Shown here: piece after piece, positions 13,020-25,775 of the stretch
Layout of the letters: each line of letters opens with the position of its first letter
Position numbering within the stretch: position 1 is the stretch's first letter
From: Felis catus
Taxonomy: Eukaryota
Reading direction: 5' to 3'
Assembly (NCBI RefSeq): GCF_018350175.1
Contig: NC_058378.1
Coordinates: 2,046,001 to 2,110,000, forward strand
Length of the DNA: 64,000 nucleotides
Notes under the pieces: generated by a model
Seen by the model: only the letters and a program-made list of their open reading frames with translations
Told to the model about the DNA's origin: nothing
Database searches by the model: none
Made by a program: the position numbers and the translations under genes

Positions 13020-14560
13020 TTATTATTAGTAAAATTATACATGACAATGGCCAGTTTATTTCAGGAGTGTAAAGAGGCCTACACATTATCAAATCTATTA
13101 TTGCAATGCCCCACATTAATTGACTAACGAAAACACATGAAACCAAGGTAAGAGAGTTTTTACAAGGTGATGTCCAAAGTTCAATACTTAGTTTTGATAA
13201 AACACATAGAACACTAAAATATTAAGGTAACATCCTTACCTGTAACCACTAATGGGTCATGTTTAATGGTAGGGAAAAGACAGGGGACCCCACTATCAAT
13301 ATGCTGTGTGATAGATTGCTAAAACTACGGCCAAAATAAGGAGAAAAGAAGAAACTCCCCCCAAAAAAGTGGCTTACTGTGTGGAAGAAAGACATAATGG
13401 TGTTTTATGGGCCTGTGACTTTAATTTACATGCAAATCTGAGATAATTAAAAGGCCAATAAGATAAGGCACTGATAAGAAAACTGAGCAAAGTAGTTAAA
13501 TACAAAATCAACATATTCAAATCTCTTTGTTTCTACCATCAACAAATAATAACAAAAATAATTTTTAAAAGCATTCTCTGGGGCGCCTGGGTGGCTCAGT
13601 CGGTTAAGCGGCCGACTTCGGCTCAGGTCATGATCTCGCTGTCCATGAATTCAAGCCCCGCGTCGGGCTCTGTGCTGACCGCTCAGAGCCTGGAGCCTGT
13701 TTCAGATTCTGTGTCTCCCTCTCTCTCTGACCCTCCCCCGTTCATGCTCTGTCTCTCTCTCTCTCAAAAATAAATAAACATTAAAAAAAAAATAAAAAAG
13801 CATTCTCTATGGCAATGAAATATGAAATACATATAATTCAACTTACCTGTAAGTGGAAATATATTTACAAATAATTTTTCAATAATGTTTAATGTGTGAA
13901 AGGTCATCTGACTAAACGGGAAGATATTTACACATGTTTTGGGGTCTCACCATTATAAAGATATCAACTCTTCTCCAGTAAATCTATAATCAACATGATT
14001 AATTATCAGTAGTAGTTTTCAGGGAAAAGGTAACCTTATAATGTACATGTTAGAATACATATTCACGTGGACCAAAGCAGTTTTGGAAAGGAAAAGGGGA
14101 CTGTAATATACTTCAGCAGATATTGGAAAGTCTCAGTGATTAAAACCCTTGGCATGAGCAGAGGAGAACTGTGGGCTAAAGGATCCATACATGTCCATGA
14201 TTGTGGAATATGATTGACATGGTATCACATTTCATAAGGGAAAGCTTAGTCTATTTTACAAATGGTTTTAGGAAAATTGACTACACAAATTAGTAAAATT
14301 AAATGAGATCCTCTAATAGACACCATTTAAAAATAAATTCATTCTGGTTTCATGACCTAAATGAAAGGGATAATGTTTTCATAAGAATATGCAGGACTGT
14401 TACAACATTTAGTGTAGAAAATTTTCTTAAATAAGCTCCCCTAAATAAAAGACAAAAGGAAAACACGTCAGTTAATTTTATAAAAATAAAAGATTTTTCA
14501 ACTGAGAAAAATAAAAATAAAGTAAAAACTATGAGAAAATGATTTCAGTTTATATAACCA
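13020..14560 (+). mobile_element. Ancient, highly decayed L1M ORF2 (RT to C-terminal region)
   Basis: A-rich L1-like motifs (tttatttcaggagtgtaa, tacaaaatcaacata, cattataaagatatcaactcttctcc). Interrupted by a SINE. Confidence 0.6.
13580..13795 (+). mobile_element. Can-SINE (felid type)
   Basis: Full head, CT tract and A tail. TSD aaaagcattctct at 13567-13579 and 13796-13808. Confidence 0.97.
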
Positions 14561-14589
14561 TGTAATAAGAAAGAGGTCGCTTCATTAAG

Positions 14590-15515
14590 AGGATAAAACA
14601 CTTTGTTTCATGCACCCGACCCTGAAACACCCAAATATATAAAGCGAATATGAACAGATCTGAAGAAAGGAATAGACAGCAATGCAATGTGGTAGGACAC
14701 CACAACACCCCACTCTCCACAATGGAGAGCTTACCCCAGTGAGTAATCGTTGAGGACACATTGGGCCTGAACCACCCATTAGAGCAGGTGGACCTCACAG
14801 GCTCGCGTAGAACATTCTGTCCAACAGCACACGTGTAACATTTCCCAGGACAGGTCTCAGGTTAGTCACAAAACAAGCTCTAATGAATTTAAGAAGATTG
14901 AAGTCATATCAAGCATCTTTTCCAACCACAATGGTATGAAACCAGAAAGCAATCACAAGAGGAAACATTGGAAATTCACAAATATGTGGAGATTAAACAA
15001 CATACTCCTAAAAAAACCTGTGGGCAAAAGATAAATCATGAAATATCTTCACAAAAATTACAATGGAAACACAGCACACCAAAACTTATGGGACACAGTG
15101 AAAGCAGTTTTAAGAGGGATGTTCATAGAAATGAATGCATATGTTAAAAAAAAAGAAAAGATCTCAAGTAAGCAATATAACTTCACCTCAACGGACTAGA
15201 AAAAGGAGAAAAAACTAAGCCAAAAGTTAGTAGAAGGAAGGAAATAACAAAGATCAGAGAGGAAATAGAGACCAGAAAGATAGTAGACAATCAGAGCAAG
15301 TAAGAATGGTTTTTTTTTTTGGAAAAGATATACAGATTGACCAACTTTTAGCTAGACTAGTGGGGGTGGCGGGGGGAAGAAGACTTGGATTTAGAAATGA
15401 GAGAGAGAGGAGACTAACACCACAAGTGATACCACAGAAATACTAAGGATCCTAAGAAAGTACTATGAACACTTATACAGCAACACATTGGATAATGTAG
15501 AAGAAATGGGTAAAG
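14590..15515 (+). mobile_element. L1 ORF2 endonuclease/linker fragment
   Basis: cacccaaatatataaagc, aacaccccactctc, atatcaagcatcttttccaaccacaatggtatgaaac, caccaaaacttatgggacacag are characteristic L1 ORF2 sequence. Reading frame broken. Confidence 0.88.
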
Positions 15516-15617
15516 AGTAGAATACATACTGAAATGCTGAAAATGATCAAGAGAAAGATGGAACAATTCAATGGATCACGTGGGGAAATAAGGATGAAAA
15601 CTATAACTACTAGTCTA

Positions 15618-15798
15618 GGGGCACCTCGGTGGCTCAGTCAGTTAAGCAGCTGACTTTGACTCGCAGTGCGTGAGTTCAAGCCCCACATTGGGCTTCATGC
15701 TGTTTGTGTAGAGCCCACTTCAGACCCTCTGTCTTCCTCTCTCTCTGCTCCTCCCCTGCGCGCTCTCTCTCTCTCTAAATTAAATAAACATTAAAAAA
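15618..15798 (+). mobile_element. Can-SINE (internally deleted)
   Basis: Head, B-box, CT tract and taaataaacattaaaaaa tail. Confidence 0.9.
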
Positions 15799-16084
15799 TT
15801 AATAGTTTGAAAAAACCTCAACAATATAACAAAAATCAACTCGTATGCCCTGGGTTAGAAGAAACTTTAACATCAGGTAGGATCGACAGAGGCAAGAATT
15901 GGAGGATAAAAGGAATAAAAATACTTGCTTCCATAACCACGCACAGATACGGATACATACGTCAGTGGTGACCATGTGCCCACAGGTGATGAAGAAGGGT
16001 TGTAACGGTTCAGTTTCAGTCATACTGGTTCAATTTTGTAACTGAAGGGAAAGGAAAAAGGAAAAGCTGCTTTGAGGCCATGAG

Positions 16085-16215
16085 TTAGTGGGAACCACAC
16101 AAATTAGTTGGAAAACTTAGAGATGTAAAATGTCCATTCGGAGCAACAACGTACCAATTCTCCGTGACGATGTTGTCAGGTAAAGCAGAGGCAGGTGGCT
16201 GGTGGGAACCAAGTG
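16085..16215 (-). mobile_element. L2 RT-region fragment
   Basis: Minus translation SALPDNIVTENWYVVAPNGHFTSL resembles L2 ORF2 TALVKVTNDLxVAKSNGHFSVL. Confidence 0.4.
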
Positions 16216-16673
16216 TGGGGCACGAGTGTGGAGGTGGGGGAAGGTGTGAGGGGTGCAGAAGCAGATGGCATCGGGGGGTCTGCAGCCCCTGAGCGGTACA
16301 TGGGAGGAGAGGGGGCTGTGTGGATGCTGAGGATGCTGACACTGTAGTGATGCCTTAGTGGGGCCCCGGTGAGGCCCCAGTGAGGCCCCAGTGACATTGC
16401 GTGTCTCTCCAAGTGCGGGGATGCACCACCACCTGCCCCACGGGAAGAGTACAGAGAGCTGGCCATCCTGATTCCCTCTAGGAGGTGCCAGGTTGGGAAC
16501 ATGTGCACTGCCCACTGCCCGGGCTGGGGAGGGAGGACTGTGGTCCTTGAGCCCACGCATTCTCTAAGCCCGGGCAGGTGCTCCTGGGCATTCGCAGACA
16601 GGGGTGGGCTCTGGTCCCCGTGCGCTGAGCAGAAGAGCGAGCCGCGGGCACGCAGTGAGGATGCTCATGGGGT

Positions 16674-16780
16674 CCTGTCCTGTCCTGCCCCCTCCACCCC
16701 ATCCTGTCCTGTCCTGCCCTCTCCACCCCATCCTGTCCTGTCCTATCCCCTCCACCCGTCCAGTCCTCTCCTGCCTGCCC
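16674..16780. repeat. 28-29-bp pyrimidine-rich minisatellite (~3.5 copies)
   Basis: Unit approximately cctgtcctgtcctgccccctccaccccat, starting at 16674, 16703 and 16732, then partial. Confidence 0.9.
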
Positions 16781-17349
16781 GGCTTTGCATCTGCTGGGTG
16801 CAGAGGGGAGTGCATGCGGGCTGCAGTCACCACGTGGGCGCACCCTCTCCTGACTCCGCTGAACACTCTGCTTCTCACCTGTTCCACACACGAATCCCAC
16901 TTCCCTCTGTCTGAAGCCAGCTCCTGCTCTCTCCTCTCCTGCAGAGTATTTCTGGGGTTTTCCCTGTCCTTCATCACCTATCGCACTCCACCCTGCTCCC
17001 TGGAGATCCCTGTCCCAGCCACCTGCCCCGTCCTGTGCCTTCCCTTGCAGGTGGTGCCTTCATAGAACCATATGTCGTCCCTTTCTGGGGGTCTTTCCTC
17101 TCTTCCTCTAAACCACGGTGATTAGACGTTTACTTCCATGACTGCAGCACCTGCTTCTGTTAAGGTCTCCACATCTTCCCGGTTGTTGAGGGCGTGAATC
17201 CATTCTCCGTCCTGATAAGCCCTAACCCATTGGAGCATCTGACCTCCTGCACCTGGACCCAGGTTCTCCCCCACCTGCAGCTGGGCTCGGGCTCGGAGGG
17301 TGGTCACCTGGGGCCCGTGGCAGGGTGACTTGCTTCTTGGAAACCTTTT

Positions 17350-17365
17350 CCAGCAGAGGGCACTG
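17350..17365 (+). promoter_or_regulatory. Candidate CTCF binding motif
   Basis: CCAGCAGAGGGCACTG fits the core consensus CCASYAGRKGGCRSY at every position. Occupancy unknown. Confidence 0.5.
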
Positions 17366-17439
17366 GTGCCATGAGGAAAGGACGTGGGTCTGGTTTGCTC
17401 AGAATTGCCTTCCGTGCTTCCCGGAGCTGGTTGTTATGC

Positions 17440-17745
17440 CCCTTTGGTTTTCCTTCTGCTTTCTGGGTCCTTCCTTCTCATTCTCCTTTGGTGGCTCATT
17501 GCTCCCCACAACGAGCTTGTGCTGGGATCTTCCACGTGTATGGGTTTGGCCTTCTCTTCTGATCCCACGTTCTGACGACCTCATTCATCCCCGTGGCTCT
17601 AAACACCCGTGGGCTAGCGGCTCACACATGCTTATCTCTTTCTCAGGCCACTCCCCCCAATTCCTATTTGCATTCCCACTTGAATACTCAATGTACGTTT
17701 CAAAATTACATGCGCCGACACCCGAGCTTTGGACATCCAGAGCAC
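17440..17745 (+). mobile_element. L2 ORF2 (RT) fragment
   Basis: tccttctcattctcctttggtggctc...gacctcattcatccccgtggctctaaacacc...ccacttgaatactcaatg is colinear with the L2 consensus. Confidence 0.65.
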
Positions 17746-19049
17746 CTGCTGAAACCTGTGAAGCCCCGTTTGACCTGACTCCCCTCCATTCCTCTGCCCT
17801 TGCCCACGGCAGCTCGCTCTATCATACACCCGTAGGCGGGCTCTTCCTGCAGATCTCTGCGCTGGTCTTGCTTTCCCAGCTGTGTACATGGTGCACACCC
17901 ATTACAGGGGCTGTTGGAGCGGAAAGTGCTCTGGACTTGCTTTCCAACCTTTCTTGCTGCTGTGTCAAGACTTGTGACCCAGGCTCTTCAGCCTGATACA
18001 TCCAAACTCAATTTTCCAGCACGGACAGGTAACTAGCTTCATTCATCATTCATTCATTGATGCATTTTCAGTAACTTCCTTACTAGTTAAAATTCTGTGA
18101 AGTGAGTTGGGGCACGCTTTTCCTGGATGCTTACCCTCCCAATGAGGTTATCTCCTATCCTTAATTAATTATGTTTTTGCTTAACTCAGATTGACCCACC
18201 TTGTGTTGCTTGTAACTAAGAATTCCAAAGACCAAAACAACCGTAGTAAGCAAAGCACTCCTACAAATGTATGAGAAAGAACCAAATGGCACAGTAGAGA
18301 AAAAACGTCTGGGGAGATTTATTAATATTTAAAATGTACGTCTTATTTGGTCCCTGATAACTTTTTTTCTGAGAAGGCACTTGAGGCGGAGGTCAGTTTA
18401 TGAACAGGATGGTGGTTACGTCATCAGCGCTTGTAGTGACCAAATGAGAGAAACTGAATCATCCACAAGAAGGAACCCTTAACGCCTGTACCCTGGCTGC
18501 ACCACAAAGCATTTATGCACCTGTTAAAAAAGAATTTTAATTCATAAGTCCTTCCCCAGAGGAAAGTGAGAAAAGAAATTGCATAGAAATATGAATACTG
18601 TGATAGCATGTTAGTAAGTGTCTGTCTGTTTGTATGTTTTAAAAGGCCGATGTATAATTTTTATCTATACATTGATAATGTACATTAGTAAAGAATAGTT
18701 ATCATTTTGTGGGCGTCTGGAATTTAAGGAGCAGATAGCTAACACATGACTTAAAACCGTCAATGGGCAAAACGAGCATTATCACTGGAGACTCCTGGTC
18801 AAGAAAAATGATCAGTGAGTCACGGTAGCAGCAGCAGGAGAAAGTGCCGTTGGCCCCTGTCAGACTTTGTAAAATTTCCCTTCCCATTTGCAGCCTCCCT
18901 TGTCAAGGGAACAACTGCTGAACAAAGACGTAGGCAGATGTCACACAAGCCGGGTCTTGGAAACATCCTGCCCTTCTCTAAGGTGCTTTCCTTTGAGGCT
19001 TCTGATGGTTTGGGGGCGTCTTGAGGGCTCATCTCATATTGCTTACAAA

Positions 19050-19340
19050 CTGTGTGCATGCGTGTCTGTGAGTGTATGTGGCGTGTGCATTCGTGTGCGT
19101 GCGTGCATGTGTGTGAGCACATGCATTTGTGTGCATGATGTGTGGGAGTGCGTGTGTGTGTGCATTCGTGTGCGTGCATGCATGTGTGTGTTCCTGTGTG
19201 TGCAGGCATGTCTGCATGTGTGTTTGTGTGTGTGCACATGTGTGTTTCTGCACATGTGTTTCTGTGTGTGTGCATGTCTGCATGTGTCTCATGCATGCAC
19301 GTTTGTTCGTGTGTGTGTGTGCGTGTGCGCATGTGTGTGT
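19050..19340. repeat. Degenerate (TG)n/(TGCA)n alternating purine-pyrimidine tract
   Basis: About 290 bp of TG/CA/CG alternation. Source of the spurious His/Thr- and Cys/Val-rich ORFs. Confidence 0.92.
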
Positions 19341-22300
19341 ACCTCAGCCCTGTGCCATCTCCCCGAGCGGCCAGCTGCTGGAGTCCTGCGGGTGTCCTCT
19401 TGAGTCATCTTTGCAAACTGCTGCCCAGGCCTCCTGCAGCTTACCCAGCCCCACTCGCCCATGGCGCTGCCCGGCCCCACGCTGACGCTCTGTCCCCAGA
19501 TGACCGTGCCCCCAACTCTCGCCGCGGCGCTAAGATGCCGCTCCTGGAGTCTGGGTCCCGGGCAGTCTCTCAAGAGATCCATTCCTTCTCTTCCCCTCAG
19601 CTCAAGAAACAGCCCGAGGAGTGTAGTTGGTACTTTAGTTTCCTTATAACCATCAGTTTTCAAGTAAAAATAGATAAAAGTGTTAAAAAAAAACACAGCA
19701 ATAAAAAGCCTTCTTCCTGCCTTGGCATAAATTGTAAGAACAGTATCTATTTGTCACAAAAAAACATTAGGCATCCAACTTTGAATGTTTCCTTGCGCTC
19801 TGTCAGAACAGCCTATTGTCCAAATAGGAAAGAGAAACAATAAATTCCTAAGGGACTAGTTTACATATATGTTATTTGACTATTTTGAATTAAGTGTTTT
19901 TCCAGTCATGAATACAAGCACAAATATGTGATTTTCCTGAAGTTTATGTAAATGCTATCAAGTTTCATTGCATCGCGATATGTGAGAGCTGTTAGGGAGA
20001 ATTTATTTTGTGCCGGATAGCTCTTGAACTTTTTTTTTTTAATCTACATGAATATATATATATATAGTCCTTAAGGTAAACTCTGTGTGGAAGGCAGTAT
20101 TATTATTGTCCCCACTCCATAAATAAGTGTTGTGAAACTTGGAGCGATGCCCAAGGGGGAACCAGGCTGTGCACACGTTCAGTTCTTAAATGACACGCCA
20201 GCATCCCTGGCCTGGCCAGACCCCCCTAAACATAAGAACAGGTAACCTGTTTCTATTCTCCTCTGGGGAAGACGAGCCCTTCCCGCACATAACGCAACAA
20301 TGCTTATAAGAAACGCATGAAATGCAATCATATTTTTAATCATGTATGCAAAAAAATAAAAAGCCTTAAATCCTATTCAAAACTGGAACTACATTTTATA
20401 TCACCTTTGGGGATCCTTTCCGCAAACCCAAAGGTGTAGAGATTGAGCTAAAACTGTGTTAAGGGTTTAATCTCAAAATATTAAGATTAATAATGTCTTA
20501 ATATTATTAATATTAATAGTCATCACCTTGGGTACATTATTTAATATCACTATGGTTACTGACAGTTAAGCATTATTATTCTTATTATTAAAAGAGTATT
20601 GTCTGGTCCAAGGTCAAGCAGAAGTCAAAAATAAAGCACGGAAGATATTTTGGATGATTCCATTCCTTTCTTGTGACTATGTATCCCTACAGAGCATAAG
20701 TTAACTGAAAAGCAACCAGTACCTAATTAAGACAAACTTTTCAGCATAAGTGGGATAAAAAGTGTCCAGTTGAGTAGATTAAACTACAACTAGATTAAGG
20801 GTGCAGAAATGCCCTTAGAGTTTTCAGTGTCATTATATAGATGCCCCATAGAGGAGAAAGCTTAAAAGTTAGGCTCAATTTTTTTAGGTTCTATATCGGC
20901 ATGGAAACTATAAAGACTGTCACTTTGTCACAATCACAAAGACTTATTAATGGCATCCTGGCCTCCCCAGATCTCTTGAAGGCTGTAGGTAAAGTTCCCC
21001 ACATTAAGGGGAAACTTTCCATTGAACCCCAGAGCCCAGAGACAGAAGCAACACTGTGAGTATTAGTTCTGTGCCACAAGCCACGAGGGTTTTCACCCAC
21101 ACAGAACTTGTCTTTCTGGTACACGCCTGCTGTGTCACTGAGATGCTCTGGAGGAGCAGGAAGTCCGGTGACTGTGACTGTATTGCCAGGCCTTCTTTCA
21201 GATGCACGTTACAGAGAGAGTTTAGTCTCCTGGATGGAGCGAGCTCATTGGGTAATTTTCCTGGGAAGAGGGAGCCTGCTTTGGTTTCCTCTGACGGGTG
21301 ATGTGACGTCCGATTCCATTCGTTTTGTTGTGTTTTCTGCTGCAGTTGCCGTCAGTAGGTGAAAGGTTCAAATCAATATGATCTGTGCTTTTAACAGACC
21401 TATGCAGCTCAGTTGATTTCCCTCTAACACCACCACGTGTCTGGGCCGGGATCTGGTTGGAGGACATATGTGTACATGAACATGGTTTTACTGCTGATAA
21501 AGGATGTCTTGATGAACAATCGACGTGGAATTTAGAAATTGCGCAAATGCACTGAGTTCTTGGCACTTCTTCCGTGGACCAAAACGCGGGTTGCATGCAT
21601 TCAGACAAAGACAGAAATCTTTATTTTTTAATGTAAAGTAAGCCCCAGATTTCATGTTAAAAAGTCAGTTTGACATACTGATTTTGTTTTTCTAATTGGT
21701 TCAACGGGAAGGCAGGCTGTTGCTTTACTCCTGGTCCCCATACGAGGTCAGCTCAATTGTTGGTTATTTATATTGGGGATTATTTATGGTGAGACCTTGA
21801 TGGCTGTAAATGCCTGCTTGCAATTTATCACCACTTGCTTTCTACTACCTTAGCTGTCACTGGCCTCACTTAAGGATCCCAGAGGGATACAAGTATTGAT
21901 TTTTTTAAGCTTTAGGAAACAACACTTATGAGCTTAGTCTCATCTGACATTGATCTGTAAAAGTAATATTTCTCAACTAAGAATTGTCAAAAACACAGGG
22001 TGTTCTGGTTATAAGCCAGCTTTCAACTTCGTAAGCTGTTTTATTCTGAGAACACTAACGTTCGAGGTGAAAAATGGCCCAAATGGAACAAAAGAAAGGC
22101 AAAAGTTGCCACTCGATGAATTAAACATACATAATTTATCTCACCCCTGACTTAGTAAGTATACGCTTGAATAATTTCCAGAACTGTTAGAATGAGAACA
22201 AAATCCACACCACGTCTCTTTGGCAAGGTTGATAGTGGGGACAGGGACACTGAGGAGGAGACAGGGAAGACACAGAGAGAGGAGTCCCCGCAGAAGACGA

Positions 22301-24699
22301 GAGAAAGGGCAGTGTCTAATATCCGGGCCTCTACTTCCTGACGCAAAGTCGTACCAAAGATGCCCTTGGGTTCCTCTCGCCTCAGTGTTGAGGTGAATGA
22401 CTGCTATTTTAGCTTCTGGGGATTTGTTGTTGTTGTTGCTGAAATTTTAGTTATACTCTCTGGTTCCTCAAGTTTAGGCTATTTGTTTATAGAGTAAATA
22501 TACTGGAAGGTGGGATTTTCAAGGAGTTAGTTTCATCTGACTAGTCAATCCATTCAGTATCAGAAATTGCCTCTGGTGATCTATTGGCCTAAACACTGTG
22601 ATTGATTCTACCAGTCCTCCACTTCACATCCTTCCCTCAGTCATCGCCTTTCTTGTTCCTACCAGAGAAAAATGTAAGGCTGAGCTACACTTTGGACCAT
22701 TACTTTAGTTGGATTGATGGCCAAAGGGCGGAACTGTGTTACCAGATTAATTTCTTTTTCTTTCTCTTGTGTATTTTCACATAGACTTTTTGGGATATGG
22801 TTTGTTTCTCTCACACAAATTTGATAATTGCTTAACATAAATTGAGTCTAAGAATAAATTTACTTCCTCATGGATGTCTTTCCTGCTGCCCTAATACATC
22901 TCTCTTACTAATATCCTGTCACGCAGGTTACAATTTTTCTTTATAACATGTACCGTGCTGAGAAGCCATTGCATGCGTATGTATTAAGCAGAGCCCTTTA
23001 GTTATTAAAAGCCAGAAACACAGCTTAAAACAGTTAAACAGAGGGATTTCAGTGATTCCTATCACTGTTAAGTTCATAGATAATACTAGTTTGAATGCTA
23101 ATATTCAGGTGTTCAAATGCTAAAATAACACACACACACGCACACGCACGTGCACACACACCCCATTTCCCAAACTGTTCATTTCTCTATCTCTTATTTC
23201 CCTAAACATTTAAGCTAATTCTCTCCCCGCTGAAGATAAGCTTTTTCTAAAAGTTAGGATCTCCCTCACTTCCTTCCAGAATCTCCCTCAGGTACAGAGA
23301 TAAAGGCACTGTCTCTAAGTTCCTGCAAATTGGTGATTGAACTCCGAACACTTTCATCCTTGTTGACATGCTTCAGGATCGACACTTCCAGACAAATAGG
23401 CACGCTTGTGCTTGTGCCCGTTGGTAACACGTGGGCTGTGAAAGAGGCAGCTTCTCCGCGGAAGGAGAGGAAGGAAGGGACAACCAGGAGCAGAGAGCAA
23501 AGGCGTGGGGCTTATGAGGGGAAAGCCCCAGATGTTCATCACAGAGGGGGTATCGAGGGGGCAAGGTCAGTTCTGCATCTGATTGGACAAGAGGTAGGTG
23601 CTGGTAAACACCTGTGGCTGATTACTGGTACGTCATAGACGTGCGTTAGCAACAGCATGACTGGTGAGTCACAGACGAATCTCAGCACCACTAAGACTGG
23701 ATGCTAGTTGATCTTCTCTTGTTCCTTCTGCAACTTTTACTAACTTTGACCTCTGGGATATTTCCAGTTTGCAACTCACAACCAAAAACACACAATGTTT
23801 CTTCCATCACAGCAAAATATCAGGCGGTGCTGTTTTCCACCACTGTGTTTGCCAAGTAAGGAGCAATGACAGAAATCTGAAATGAACTATAAATACTTAA
23901 TGCATTGAGAAGATGGTTGTAATCTATTCTGATGTATTCACATGTGGTCCACATCCCCACAGACTATCTTTTCTAACGCCCACGCCCAGTGACCCTGCCC
24001 ATACTGTCTCCCTTCTCTCTGTCTCACTCATCTTTGGAGACATCCCTCCCTCCACCCCCAGAAAATGCATCAAACCTGTGGAGCAGTCTGGAATCCCACA
24101 CAACCATCTCCCCTTCTGTTTCATTTCCAGCATGATTCCTTGTACTTTGTTGTACATAATTGCATCTAACATGTATACATTTCTATATTATCTTGAAGGG
24201 TGATATCCTTCTTTCTATTCAATGTAGGCATTGTGCTAGGCAGAGGGAGTGCAAAGATGAACGGTGATGATCTCCAATCAGGGGAGACCAGACACCGCAA
24301 AGGAAGGGCACCAAGGTGTTTTCTTGTGGTTGGCTAACCATTTGGGGAGTGACACTTAAAACCCCAAAATTATTAGGGATCCCTAATTATAATATGCATT
24401 ACTGTTTACCTATTTAGAATTTATTCCATGAATATCTCCTTTCAGTGAAGTTTTTGGACTCCCGGATGTAGCCATCTAAGATAACACAGGAAATTAATAG
24501 ATCTGTTCAACTCTCATTCGAGAAGATGTGCATATCCACACACTCTTACCATCACAAGCCAGGGCTGATATTACCAGTTCTTAACCAGCGTCCCTGGCTT
24601 CAGATTTTCCTTTCCAAACTGCTCTATGCAGTGATTGTCTGATTAATATTAGCACTCAGCTGCTGGCACACCACTCTTCTGTTCAGAAAACTTGCATAA

Positions 24700-25005
24700 A
24701 ATTGCTTGCACCTTCTGGAATGCTGTCTCTCTGTTCCTTTGTATAAAGGCTCTTTCTCACATGACTTCCTTGCACCTGCCCCTCCTCTATATTTCTGTGG
24801 TCTGAGTCTGTCCCTAGAAAGAATCTTTCCACTTTGCATATATTCTCACCTGCTTGTTTACCCATATACATCACATTTCCTTAACTTAGATTGAACTCAT
24901 GATGAAGGCAAAAATCATGATTGTTTTTTCTCTGTGTTCCAACAATCTAGTATATTGCCTCTCACAAATAATGCATTCAAAAAAAATTTGCACAAGCATG
25001 AACAA
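24700..25005 (+). mobile_element. L2 3'-end fragment
   Basis: ccttctggaatgctgtc...aactcatgatgaaggcaaaaatcatg...atctagtatattgcct resembles the L2 terminus. Confidence 0.45.
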
Positions 25006-25524
25006 TAGAGCAATGCATTTAGGAATTATTTAGGCAAAGTTAAGACATTAAAACACTCTGCAACCCCAGTATATTTTATTAAAATTCATATATGTATATT
25101 GTCTTGACTTTCAAGATGATAGGGCATAAAACATGTGGGTTCTTTTGCTTTGTGTGAAATGCCACCATGTGAATTTAATCAATGACATACAGTTAAATTG
25201 TTCAACTGTATTTCAACTAGCAGTACAAAGAATGACAGTATAAAAGGGAGTGAATTGTAACTAGAGATATGAGTTTCTTCTAAAACTATCTAACTGAACA
25301 TGTTATATTAAAAAGGAAAAACTACGAGTTATTCTTATTTTTACTTTATGGTATATATCATCAGAGAAATGACTCATGGGAGAATATATTATGTATATTA
25401 AATTATACTTGTTACTACGTTTTCCAGTGAAGCGCAAAAATACAGTGAGTTGAGTGTCTCATAAATATAATTATAAACTGACAAGTTCTGCTCATATTGA
25501 GACTCCTCTTGGGGAAAAGTTACA

Positions 25525-25775
25525 ACAATAATTGAGAGATTTGAACTTTGACAATTCTGAGTTTTAAATTCCAGTTCTCCACTCTATAAAATAAGTGTAA
25601 CATTTTCAAAAGTCCATTTGACCTCTCTGATCTTCTAATCCTCAGTTTCTTTATATGTCATGTTGGCATAATAATCTCTTATCTGATAAAGTTATAACGG
25701 AAGAAACAAATTAGTATAACACGAAGTATAGATCAAAGTACTTCATAGATTTTAAGCAATCAAGAATGGTATTTT
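25525..25775 (+). mobile_element. MIR SINE
   Basis: Core-like ttaaattccagttctccact...gacctctctga...cctcagtttctttat...ataataat. Confidence 0.65.

Noticed and set aside
12826-13146. ORF with a mucin-like PTST repeat
   Set aside because: Translation of the hexamer microsatellite inside an LTR.
13591-13773. Recurring MAQSVKRPTSAQVMIS-type peptides (also at 9999, 27507, 56438)
   Set aside because: These are translations of Can-SINE bodies, not a gene family.
16085-17996. Cluster of overlapping 120-223 aa ORFs
   Set aside because: GC-rich DNA, a minisatellite and L2 fragments explain them. No recognisable cellular protein domain, and several depend on TTG/GTG starts.
18830-18915. AP-1 site (TGAGTCA) and a 7-bp-arm palindrome
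   Set aside because: Several such 7-mers are expected by chance in 64 kb, so this is not informative alone.
18820-19843. Long ORFs (170-233 aa) rich in His/Thr or Cys/Val
   Set aside because: They arise from the stop-poor (TG)n/(CA)n tract and are open in several frames on both strands.
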